Below, in pieces: positions 17,494-32,800 of a stretch of DNA of 34,147 bases; within the stretch, counting starts at the first letter, position 1, and the number at the start of each line of letters is the position of its first letter. The translations under genes and the position numbers were made by a program. The stretch lies in sequence record DRR378314_1567. One strand, 5' to 3'. The notes beneath the pieces are model-generated. The model made no database searches. It was not told where the DNA came from and saw only the letters and a list, made by a program, of their open reading frames with translations.

Positions 17494-18144
17494 CGACCTC
17501 TGCGCACGAGCTCCTTTTCCCCTTGTTCTACGTCGATGAGGTCCTTTCCTTTTGATCGCGCAACGTCCGCTCCACGTTCCCTTCCGCGGAACCGGCCGTT
17601 GACGCTCCGGCTTGACGTGCGCGCCGCCCTGTGGGCTCTTTTCCGTTTTGTTCGGCGCGCACACAATGCAATTGACTTGCTTATGTGATGGAATGGAGCG
17701 GGAGAGAATGCGAGTGAACCTTCTCTCCCGCGCGGGTGTTCGCCGCTGCTGCTCCGTGTTTCCTTCGTTTCGCCGCGCTCGCGGCCGTGCGATCGCGCAG
17801 CGCGAACAGTGAATACAAAGAGAAAAATGAAATAGGAAGAATCTATTAAAAAGAATCGTGCTCTTTATCGGTACAACATTCGCGCGTGCATGCACGGAAC
17901 ACATGCTTTATTTGCGCCCTTTGCGCAAACGAATACCGCCTCTTCGCATACGACGAGAAAGAGAAAGCGCCTGAGCTTCCCTCTGCGCCCGCGCTTGCGT
18001 GCGTGAGCGTGAAGCACGGAAGGGCAGTCGGAGGACGCTGAGCGCTCTCACGCGCACAAGAGTCGCTGCGACTCCGCCCTCCTCCGTCTAGCTCTATCTA
18101 TACAGCAGCGCGCCTGGTACTGGGCGTATGGTGGCGCCTCTGGT

Positions 18145-20253
18145 TTACCGCTGCGCGGTTTTGTGGAGCGGGGCAACGTGCGCTCGACGCGATAGGCCTG
18201 CGGTTCGACAGAGATGCGCAGCGGAAAAACAGACGGAAAGGCGAGTCCCGCGTGAGAGAGTTCGCGCAGCGCCGCATAGACGACCAAATGCTAGTATTCA
18301 GCCTTGTGCGGGCGGCCTATGATGTCGCAACGCTAACCGCGCAGCACTGCTACCACAGGGTCGATCAACTGCCGAGAAGAACATCGTAAACATGGGAGAT
18401 AGCGCAACGCAATCCGCCGCTTTCCCATTCACTGCGCGACCTTGACACATCTCCGATACAATCGAACGAATCACGCAGGAGACGAGACAAACACATAGAC
18501 AACAACAGTGATTCTACCTGCGAGGAAACTCTGGTACGAGAAAGACGTGCGCGTCTTGCCTGTGCGTAAACGCATCCTTGCGAAACGCTGCATCAAAGGG
18601 GCATTCACCATCCACCGCGTAGTAGCACGCGCGCGCTGGGGAAAGCACCTCTCTCCTTCCTTCCCTTTCGGCAACACTGTGTACCTGCCCACCAGTTCCT
18701 CGCTGTCGGGGACACTCCTTTCACCGATGATTAGCAGCGCACACAATCCTTTGCTCTGTCGGCACCCAGGGGCGTTCTCTCACGCACAGCATCATGTACA
18801 AAGGCGGAAGGTAGTGTGTAGGAAAACGTACCGAGGCGGAGCCGCGGCGCGCCCGCCGGGATCCTCACCGGGCCCGACGCGCCGGCTGGCGACTGCGCGC
18901 CGGCGGACGGCGAGAGCGAGGGAGCTGCGCGCCGTGCCGCAACTGCGGAGGCGGAGGACTTTGCGGTGGCGCGCTGTGCGATCGGAGGACTGGTTGGCGC
19001 CTTGCGCGCAGGCTCGTCTTTCTTCTTTGCGGGGCTGCGCGCTGCCGCCGCGCTGCCGCCGCGCCCGCCGCCGCGCCCTCGGCCGCGCGCTCCCCCACGC
19101 CCTCGGCCCTGGCCTTTCGCAGCAGGGCGCCCTGCACGCCCCTCGCTCGAGTAATCTTCAGATTCAGATTCGTCGCTTCCGTCTGACTCAGCGTCGCTAA
19201 AGCTCTTGGCATCAGAATCTGCATCCTCCTCGGCACTCTCGTCGTCATCCGAAGCGCCGGAATCTTCGGCTTCACTAGCCTCCTCCTCACTCTCCTGTGT
19301 GCTGCTCTTTGCACTCCGGGTTGAGCGATTCGGGCTCTTCGCGGGTGGCGCCTCTGGTTTCTTCTCTGCATGATATGGTACAGTGGTGCATTTCGTGCAA
19401 GATGTTGGAAAGCGATACTATGGACAGCGGGTACAACGGCATTCGCCCTGCGATCTTGTGCGCAAGGCCACGCGTCATTCTTTCGCGCACATCCACGCAA
19501 CAGGAATCTTAAAAAACGAGAATAACAAGCGAGGACACACCAAATGCATGCACTGCTTGCCATAATGCGGTGTGTATCCCGGCTCTGCTCACAGGAACGC
19601 ACTCGTAGGCGACGACGCGGTGCGCGAGGCGCGCGCATTCTTGGCAGCAGCAGCCACCTCGCTGAACGAGTCCGGCTCGTCAGGCTGCGAGTCCGCTACA
19701 AGCACAACTTCATCACCGTCGCTGGCGCTGTCGTCGTCGTCACCTTCGCTCTCCTGAAAACGACAAATGCAGCAATGCAAAGCACACATCCGTCATAATT
19801 ATACTTCTTGTTCACCTTTGTAAGGGCCGGGTAGCTCAGGCTTTCCGACAAACAGTCAGCACTGCACACAACGGGCGCTGCTGCGCGTTGGCCAGTCAAG
19901 CTGCGGGCGCAACACGCACATATGCACCACAGATTCGCGGTGAAGTACATAAAGGCCATTCCCTGGATTGCGGAAACCAGACCATGGGCACAAACCTTGC
20001 GAGACTTTTCCAGTGCTTCGGCTAACTGTCGATCCTCGGCAGCTGTGCGCGCATTGCGGCGTCGATTCGAGCGCGATGCCGTATCGCCGCTCGCGCTTGA
20101 TCCAGAGTTGCTCCCCGATCCGCGCGATCGCTTCGCCCGGCTCGGTGCTACCGCACCGACGAAGTCGTCGGAGTCTTCTTCGGACGACTCATCGATAATC
20201 GCCGCGCGCCGTATGGCGCTCTCTGCCGCAGCTCTACGCTTGGGACGCGCCAT
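18145..20253 (-). CDS. RAD51AP1: RAD51AP1-like intrinsically disordered protein with C-terminal RAD51-interaction motif, 4 exons, ~331 aa
   Basis: Exons 20253-19996, 19753-19603, 19365-18832, 18197-18145 join in frame (996 nt), GT-AG. The spliced C-terminus is RLRLG|LSRRAHVAPLHKTAQR*, compared with human RAD51AP1 LRLGLSRLARVKPLH (recalled). The N-terminus is MARPKR...EDSDDFVGAVAPSRAKRSR, followed by a UIM-like EDRQLAEALEKS, an acidic tract and an RG/RGG tract. Confidence 0.75.
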
Positions 20254-21151
20254 TCCTTCACCTTTCCTTTGGGAGATGGATTGTGCGAGGTTGGAGCTGG
20301 AAGGAAATAGAACAAGCGGAAACTACCTCGGCGACTCCGCGAACCTACGAGGAAGTGCGAGTGCGCCCAAACAGGAACAGAAAGCACCGCACATTTCCTC
20401 TATGGTAAGCGCACGAACACTGCACTCACGCATACGATACGGGATACAGGGGCATAATATCCCATGCGAGCACTCGAGGGACGAAGAGAGCGCAGTACGC
20501 AGCCACACCCAGCGCGAATTCCCCGCGCGCGTCGGGACAGACCAGCGGCACTACCGAGCCACCGCGCGCGCGGAGAGCACGAAGCGCGCAGAACCCGCAC
20601 CGACCCAGGGCGGGAAGAAGCGCACAGGCAAGCCGCGCGCTCCGGCGATACACCTCGCGTGTCAACCCAAGTCCCCTCCGTGTTCCTGTTATCTATACAG
20701 GTATGCAACATACCAGCCGGTAAGCGCGCGCGTCAGCGCGCGAGGTCCTGGACAGAAGCAGGAAGAAACGCTTCGTGGCGCGCGCCGCTGTCACGCGGGC
20801 GGCAGCAGAGTTGCTCTGCGGCGTTGCGGCCCGCAGAGGACGGGCAAAGCGCGCGAAACGCGCGCGACAAACCCCAAGTGATTACAGTAAATCCAGGCGA
20901 AATCGAGTTGCTCATCAATCCAGTATTCAGTACGAAAAGTAAAGGGATTGACTAGTTCCTCTTTATGTGACGGAGGAGAATTTTGATCAATGTTTGATCA
21001 ATATAATTTTTATCATTTGTCAAAAAAACGTTTTCCGAAATGTACTATGATCGCAGCTTCCTCCGCTATTCTGCAAAAGGTTGACGCCGCACGTTGTGCT
21101 CGCTCCACGTCGCACGGCGTTTGCGTAGACGCAGGTTTCCAGCCCGATTCG
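20254..21151. promoter_or_regulatory. Divergent promoter region for the RAD51AP1-like gene and AsnRS
   Basis: About 900 bp lie between the outward-facing ATGs. It has a GC/CpG-rich half and an AT-rich patch (~20880-21050) with tandem TTTGATCAAT copies. Confidence 0.55.
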
Positions 21152-24100
21152 ATGGAGGGAGCACTACGGTGTGGCGTGCGCCGTATGTGCACGCGCACAT
21201 TGCTTCCTCTCTCCGGTGTTGCTCTTTGTAGGTGCGTTGCATCGCTCTGTTTCTGTACCTTGCTGAACCGGCGCTGCTGCTCTCTCGCGCTCTTGCGTGC
21301 GATGTTTGCGTGACAGCTTCGCGAACGCGCGTGTTTGTTGCAAAACGCGCCGCTGCATGTCATAAGATTACGTTTCTCTCTTCTGCATGGTACATCTCAG
21401 ATGCTGTATCGATTATCGCCGCACTGACTTGAGCTTTGCGCTGGGAAAAAGACTATGCCCGCCATTCATCTGGTGCTGTGCTGACGAGAGGCCTCGCGCG
21501 CTGTTCGCGACGTGTGCGCCCGTGCTCGCTGCCCGTATGCTTCCACTGTGTGCTATCTGCCAGCCGAGCAGTGAAAGCAGCGAGCAGCTCAGGCGCTTCG
21601 AACGGGTCATGGCCAACGATCCAGCGGATAAAGCAAGGGTTTCGAGCTGACCAGGCCTCCCAATCTGCAACTGCTCGCGGGTGGGTCCGCTCTGTGCGCG
21701 CACAAAAGACAGCAACGTTTCTCGAGGTGCGCAGTGCCTGCCGGGGAGCACGCCGTGGGCGAAGGCTCGATGCTCCACGTATTTTCTTTTTCCCTCGCGC
21801 ACCGACCTTGCGTAGAGTCATGCTGTCGCTTTCCGTGGAAAGCGTCCATGGTGATAGCCGGCTGCTTGCGGCTGCGGATTTTGCAAAGCGCTGCAGTCGA
21901 TTGGTGTGCAGACACCTGAGGACTATGAAGCGCCTGCTGCCGCGCTGCTCCCGCGGCGAGAGCTCCGTTCGCCCTATTTCTTTGGGTTTTGTTCTAGGTA
22001 GCGCCGCTCCTGCGAAAAAAGCACCAGACATGTGCCCGCTGTGAATATTTTTCAACTTAATTTTCTCTTCCTTTTTGGATTTCATTGCACGATTTGCTCT
22101 TAATGGGGAAAGATCAACGATGGGTCATCGCTGAGCGGAATTCAAGTTGTTGTCGACGGCGGCCTGGAAGGAGTGGCGACAGGAGCGGCGGTATCGGCAC
22201 GGGGCGTTTTGCAGCCACATCCGCGCGACAGCTCCACGCCAGAGCTTCACGCTGAATCCAAGGACATTGACATTGTTGGCCCTTCCGACGACACGTACCC
22301 GCTCCAAAAGAAGCGTCACTCGTTGGAGTTCCTACGCGAACAGTTGCATTTCCGCGCCAGGACGAACACGATCTCGAGCATCCTCCGTGTGCGGCACCAT
22401 CTATCGCGCGCCGTGCATGATTTCTTCGCAGAGCGGGACTTTGTGCACGTACACACGCCAATTCTTACATCGAGTGACTGCGAAGGTGCTGGAGAGCTCT
22501 TTGAAGTGAAAGCATCCGGCTTGCCAGAGGGCGAGCAATTCTTCGGAACGAATGCTTATCTGACCGTCAGCGGTACGATCGACAAGCTCGCGATTCCTCC
22601 TTCGATTCCTGCACGCTCCAGCCAAGCGTCCGCCTTGTGCTACCGCCTCTGCTGCGAAACGATCCAGCTCGCGATGCAGAGTTTCTATACCTGCAGTATG
22701 CCCGGTACTGTGTGGCTGAGGGGGCTGCTTGGTGTTGAGTCGAGAGCATGTATTTCGCCAACGTTGGACGTTTCCTGCTCGACGTGAAGACGCAGCTGCA
22801 ACTTGCCGTCTCCCATTCGCCCGTGTTTCTCTGTCGCGCATGCTGTGAAACGCGCGCGAAGAGCAGATGCTGTCGCGCTTCCATTGCTTCAAAAACGATT
22901 TTCCTTATATCGTATTCTTATGCCGATCTTTCTATGTCTGCGTTTCTGTCGCATTTTTTCCTGGTGCAACTTGGACATTGTAGGGCAACTGCACGCGGAG
23001 TCGTTGTGTGAAGCGCTCGGCCGCGTATATACGTTTGGGCCCACATTCCGCGCCGACCACAGCAACACGTCCCGTCATGCAGCAGAATTTTACATGGTGG
23101 AACCAGAAATTGCGTTTGCATCTATGGACGATGCTCTTGACATTGCTCGTGATCTCGTTGCGTTTTGCGCCGCTTCGGTTCTCGAGAATCCACGATTGGA
23201 AGAGGAGATAACCTTCTTCACGAAGCGGCATGATGCAGCGCTGCGCGGTCGCCTTGAGAGCGTCGCGAGCGGTGATTTCGCGCGCGTCTCGTACGACGAA
23301 GCGATCGACATTCTCACATCTGAGAGGTGTGAAATGCAACATGTGATTTTCTCTCTTTATATCACAGCATATGGTGGTGTTTGACCGGAGATAGCGTTCC
23401 CTTGAGTAAGAAATCGGCGCAGCACCCTGCTCTTCTGAATTTCGGGGCGCGCCCTCTGCATCTTTCTCCCTCTGCCGCCCGATCACCGTTTCGGGGCCCT
23501 TTCCGTCTTGCCGTACACTGGAGGCTCCCGCTCCGCTTCTTGTGTGCAATGCGTCATCTACCGCTACACACAAGAGACTCTCCTGTCACAGCCGTGTCTG
23601 CAGTTCCGTGAGGCCTCTCGGATCAATCGTGAAGAAGGAGCGCTGTCTACTTGTTCGTAGATCGGTATCCGCCGCGGGGTTCGCATTCCGGCGCGGCTTC
23701 TCTGCGGTCTTTCGGTTTCTCAAGGTGGCGCGGTTGTCGTGTACGCTTTGTATGCAGCGCGGGATTCCAAGGCCAAGTCCAATGGGGCGACGATCTCAGC
23801 ACTGTGCACGAACGGTATTTAGCTGAGTCACATTTCAAACGACCTGTATTTGTGACCGATTATCCAGCTGCTATAAAGCCGTTTTACATGAGGCAAGTGG
23901 CAGGCGGCTCTCCGAACGGGGATGTTGCGCAAGCATTTGATCTCCTTGTCCCCACCGTCGGTGAGATTGTTGGCGGGTCGGCGCGCGAAGCGGATGCAGC
24001 GGCCCTGCGCAGCAGAATGGAAGCTAGTGGACTGAACATCGCAGACTACGAATGGTACGAAACGTTCTTGTTGGAACTCGACTTCGATGTTCGTTTCTGT

Positions 24101-24609
24101 GGGGACGGGTTAGGGCCGGCGAGCCGGGAGAACCTGGTTGGCGCGCACACGGTGCTGAGCGGGTGAATTGGTGTAGCACCGCGTGACGGAGGGCGCACTT
24201 TCTAATGCAGCACGCTGCATCCCATGGCATAAAATATCTTGCTTCGTATGTTTCGGCTACGCCTGATGACAGCTGTATATCCTCTGTTAGACTTTCCCTC
24301 GTTGCTTGGAACAAGGGATTGCGCAACCAGACCGATATTCGCAGACGCCCGTGCCTGTCCTGTATCGATCCAGATGTACATGCCAGTAGATCACGGATGC
24401 AGAGCTGCTGCACGGGGCGCTCTGTTTGACCTTTTTTTTCTTCTTGCCCCTGACCTATGCGTAGGTACTTGGATTTGCGTCGCTACGGATCTGTGCCTCA
24501 TGCTGGCTTCGGACTCGGATTCGATCGCCTCGTACAATTTCTCACAGCCACATCGAATATCCGCGACGTGCTCCCCATGCCTCGCGCCCAGCGCCTGTGC
24601 AAGCTGTAG
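21152..24609 (+). CDS. NARS2: Asparaginyl-tRNA synthetase, bacterial/mitochondrial type, 6 exons, ~495 aa
   Basis: Exons 21152-21231, 21564-21726, 22113-22572, 22984-23326, 23758-24054, 24465-24609 join in frame (1488 nt). Motifs: [115 protein letters not shown]. The Arg-rich N-terminus resembles a mitochondrial presequence. The start codon is inferred, since in-frame ATGs also lie upstream (e.g. 20990). Confidence 0.94.
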
Positions 24610-24671
24610 CACTCGCCGCTGCCTCCCGTCGTCTTTTTACAGGAAAAGCGCTTCGCAGCTATAATACATGA

Positions 24672-28681
<4,010 letters not shown>

Positions 28682-29808
28682 TCGTGGCGTCCGCCCTTTT
28701 TACGTCGGGTTTCGCCACCGGCTGCCTGGTTCAGCCGCGCAGCTTATGCGCTTGGAATACACCACCCCCTACAGCTTGCTCTTGCAGCCTCCACATGCCC
28801 GTGCGCCTTCCCGTATTTCCGCCACCCCTTGTCCGAACACAAACATTTTTGCTTCCCAAAGGGAGCGACGCGCCTAAAAGTACTCCATCTTACACACATA
28901 TACGTTGCTGCCGTTTGCTCCCGTGTCCCTCTCTCTCTCTCGCCAGAGGAGCAAGACGTACTGGTCGACATACTAGGTTTACTTGGTGACGCAATGTCCT
29001 TAGTATAGACTACTTCTTGTGAATAGTACAGTTATTTCTTCGAGCAAAGTCTATTCTGCGCGTATATACGGCAGCTCTCACGGCGCCGCCGCGGCCAAGG
29101 GGGGAAAAGCCAGTGCGTCACGTGCGCATTGTGCCGCAACGCGCAGGACCCGCGGAGAGAAAAGTACGTGCATACGTACCCGAGCTCTGTTGGTGTATGT
29201 GGTGAATATTTTAGTTCCATCGCTTCCGCTTTGCGGCACCGCTTGCCCTCCGCTGCGGCTTGCTTGCGTCGCCACTTCCGCGGAACGGGCGCTCGCGCGC
29301 GCCGCCGCGCTTCCGAGCTCTCCGCGCACTTCCTGCCGCAGCCGCAGCTGCGCGCCGCGATTTCGCAGCGCAACGGATCGGTTTCCTTGTGCCATTGTTG
29401 CTACTCCGCGCTCGTACTCCGAATTTAGCGAAGAACACATTGTTCGTGAGGGTGAAGCGGGTAGAAGCGTGCTCCTCGCTTGTGCTTGTCCACTGTCCGT
29501 GCGCGATAGAACTTGCGCCCGGGGTTGGCGCGGACGCAACGGACCGCGAATGCGAGCGGAGTCCTGCGCTGCGCTGCTCCTGCACTGGCTTCTGTTCTCC
29601 GAGGCGCTCAGCCTCTTGTGCATCTGGAAACGATAAGTGTGACCTGTGTTGTTCAGGCATTTACATCATCCATTTGACTGGGGCTCGAAAAGGGATATTC
29701 GGAGAGAGTCTCTTGTCTATTGTTCGCGCGGGGGCTCCTTCGTGCAAGCAGCTTCGCTCGCTCTGACGCGCGGTCACTCCCGTGCTTTCGGTGCTGCAGG
29801 ATTCCACT

Positions 29809-32800
29809 ATGCTCATCCCAACGGACGCGAGCGGGAATACTTTTCTCCCTCCGTTTGATACGGACGCCGCGACACGAGATGCCGCGCAAAAAGACCCTGT
29901 TGCGGTGCAGAGCGTCTCTGCAAACCTTCAGGCACTCACACTGTTCCTCGCGCAGCAGGTTCGTCGCAGCAGCAGTCGCTCTGCCCTCCTCAATCCAACA
30001 CGAGGGAGCACCGACCCTCGCTGCTCCGAGTGTTCCCGCCGGCGTTCGTTCCCCGTTTCATGATCTCGTGTTGACAAGTCCTACCTGATCATTTCTTTTA
30101 TCAAACCGAACAGGTGGTCGGCTTGACAAATGATACAGATATGTGGAAGAATATCGCTGCGTGGGCGCGTGCGAATAGCGGAACAGGGTACGCTGCGCCG
30201 CTCTTCCTCGCCCATTGCCTCCAACACACGCGCGCGCGTGCTCTGTGATGTGTACGCCTGAGACTCTCTCTCTCTCTCTCGTCATGATGTACACTACAGT
30301 GGTTTGCTGTCTTGACGTGTGACGCCCCCTCTCTTTGTTCTTCTGTGTATATACAGCGTCGTTCCCGAGTGCACAGCGACTGCAGACGCGACTGGGAAGC
30401 TCCTTGGCGCCAACCGGATCGTTAACGGACAAGTACGTGAACAGCGGAGAGCTGGATCCACTCTGTGCTCGTTTCCACACAGGCCTGCGAGCACCAGCGC
30501 ATTTTTATTGAACAAATGAATAGCCTTAGTATCTTGTGTGTGCTTGTTGGCATCCTTGGTGGAGCCGGCGCGCTGCAGCGCGTGCAGTTCGCAATTCCAT
30601 TGAGTAGTTGCTTATCCCGTGCTGCTGCTGTTGCTGCCGCTGCTCTGATTGGGCAATTCGCTCCCTGTTCTCACCCTGCTACTCCGTGAAACACCACTCG
30701 TCTCACTCTTTCTATCGATCCTCCGTTATTCCGTATATTTGTTCCTCTCCACTGATCTTGCAGGAACCGCAGGACAACTGGAATCTGCTGCTGTGGCTTA
30801 GACGGCGCGAATCTGCGCCGAATTCGCAAAACAAAGCAGAAGGTGAGCCGCTTTGTGGGATGTTCGTCAGCAGCAAGCGAGATCAACGTCTATGCGTTAC
30901 TGTGACCAGACGCAAAAAATACTTTGTTGTGGGACTGCTACCGTCCAATGCGCTATGGATTGACACAAGCGATCCGGTTTGTGGGCTTATGAGTGCTTTC
31001 GGGGGTCGTCTTGCAATTGTGTGGCCGAAAAAAACAGAGTCAGCTATCGACTGTGCCTTTCTGGTTGTGCATGGTTAGAGACGCTCAGAATCTCGGAATG
31101 CCTGACTCGTTTTTTTGTAATATTGAGTAGTGAGCTGTGACTTGTGCACTTACGGATTGTGATTTGTTCGTGATGTGGTGTAGGTTGTAGGTGGTTTCTG
31201 GGCAATTATGTTCGCAGTCACTCCCAAGCGAAGACTATATTTTGTAGAATCTCTGCCATTGCTTCTCCCTCTCCCTCCTCCGTATCGATGCTGAAGAACA
31301 AAGTCCTGTTCCTGCGCTGTTTCGCTTCGTTGCTTTGGCAGGAGCATGTCCCTACTTTTCAATATCTCTTCGACCTGGAATCGCTCAGCCAGATGAACGA
31401 ATTTTGCACATTTTGTCGATCACGGAGCAAGAAGTGAATCGATTAATGCGAAGTGGTGACCAATCAGGTCCGATAACTGCTCATAACGAACGATGTGGTC
31501 GTATTCCGCCCTTCAATGCGAAGAACACGCAGCGAATGGGCTTCAAAGGCGCGATGATTTATTCCCCGAATCGTGTTCGTATTGATTGATTCTGCGCTTT
31601 TTTTCCGCAAGTAAACATTGTCCATCTCGATTCGTTCACTGAATGAGCCGAATGCTTGCGCATGATGTTTCATGTCTGAGCAATTGTGAGCCTTAGCGTA
31701 CTTTGTTTCCTTCGTTTGAAGAAGCACAAGTATAAAAGCTGCCGTACGTAGTTGTTGCCCTCCCTTTTTTTATTACATTTGGTCATTTCTTTCGCGTATC
31801 TGTTTCGGCGCTGTTCTGTCCTGTGTTTCTCGCTGTTTTGTTTCGTTGGTCATCGTGGTAGGAGGACGAGGAAATCGCCAACAACAAATCACCTTTGACC
31901 CAGCGAAGGAAACAATTGACGTATTTCTGCAGCAAAACAAGCCATCGCAAGCGAAACAAAGTGGTGCCCACTGGATTGAGGTACTTTATTTGTGGTGTAT
32001 CAGCAGAGCAAGTAATTCCACGAGGTAGATCGAATTCGGTTGCGCACGAATCGTCCCTCGCTCGAATTGCACGAGATATATTTTTTCTCACCTCTCAGAA
32101 TCGTGTTTGTTCGTATTCTCGGCAAGATTCGCGTGAAGAAGACTGTGGTTTGGTTGTACAAACGATGTGACGTTGCGCGCATCTGCTCTTCTCTCCTTTG
32201 TTTGTGTTTTGTTCAACGTTCTGTTGTTGTTGTTGTTTCGCCAATTTCGCCTTCTCTACGTTCCGAAAGGTTAAACTACGTGATCGACATGAAGTTCAGA
32301 ATCTACCTGCTCTCAAATCTGACTGGGAGAATCTCTGCAGCAATGCAAAAGGTGCGTAATGGCGCGAAATGGATGGTAGTTGTGCGAGAAGGATACCGCG
32401 ATTTCCAGGGGCACGTAAACGCTGTGACGGCGAAAGGTGAGAAGGAAAAACCAGGGCTGTCGCTGTGGAAGTACGACGCAATTTATTCTATTTGGCTGCG
32501 TCTCGTTTTTTTTCTTCTTCTTTTCTTGGCTCTCTTCAGCTGCACTTTGCTTTCCTTTGTTGTCTTCGTTGGTTATGTTTCGATTTGTGATCACCCTTCT
32601 TCGCATCGTGTGCTGCTTGGATATCACTTGCTGTAATTGTCTGTTCGGTCGACGATTTCCTCAGTTTGCACTTTCATCGTGGGACTTTCGTTGCACAGTC
32701 TCCTATCGCTACTTTTTTTCGCGACCCTGTTCTGTGAAGCCAACTTTCTTTCTCGGATGCGTATGATTTATGCTGTATCTGTTTTGATCTCCGCGTTGGC

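Noticed and set aside
20851-20858. E2F-like GCGCGAAA in the RAD51AP1-like promoter
   Set aside because: The same 8-mer occurs repeatedly in exons and introns of this CpG-rich window, so it is not informative.
19922-20881. 319-aa plus-strand ORF
   Set aside because: It is the antisense shadow of RAD51AP1-like exon 1 plus GC-rich promoter, with no motifs.
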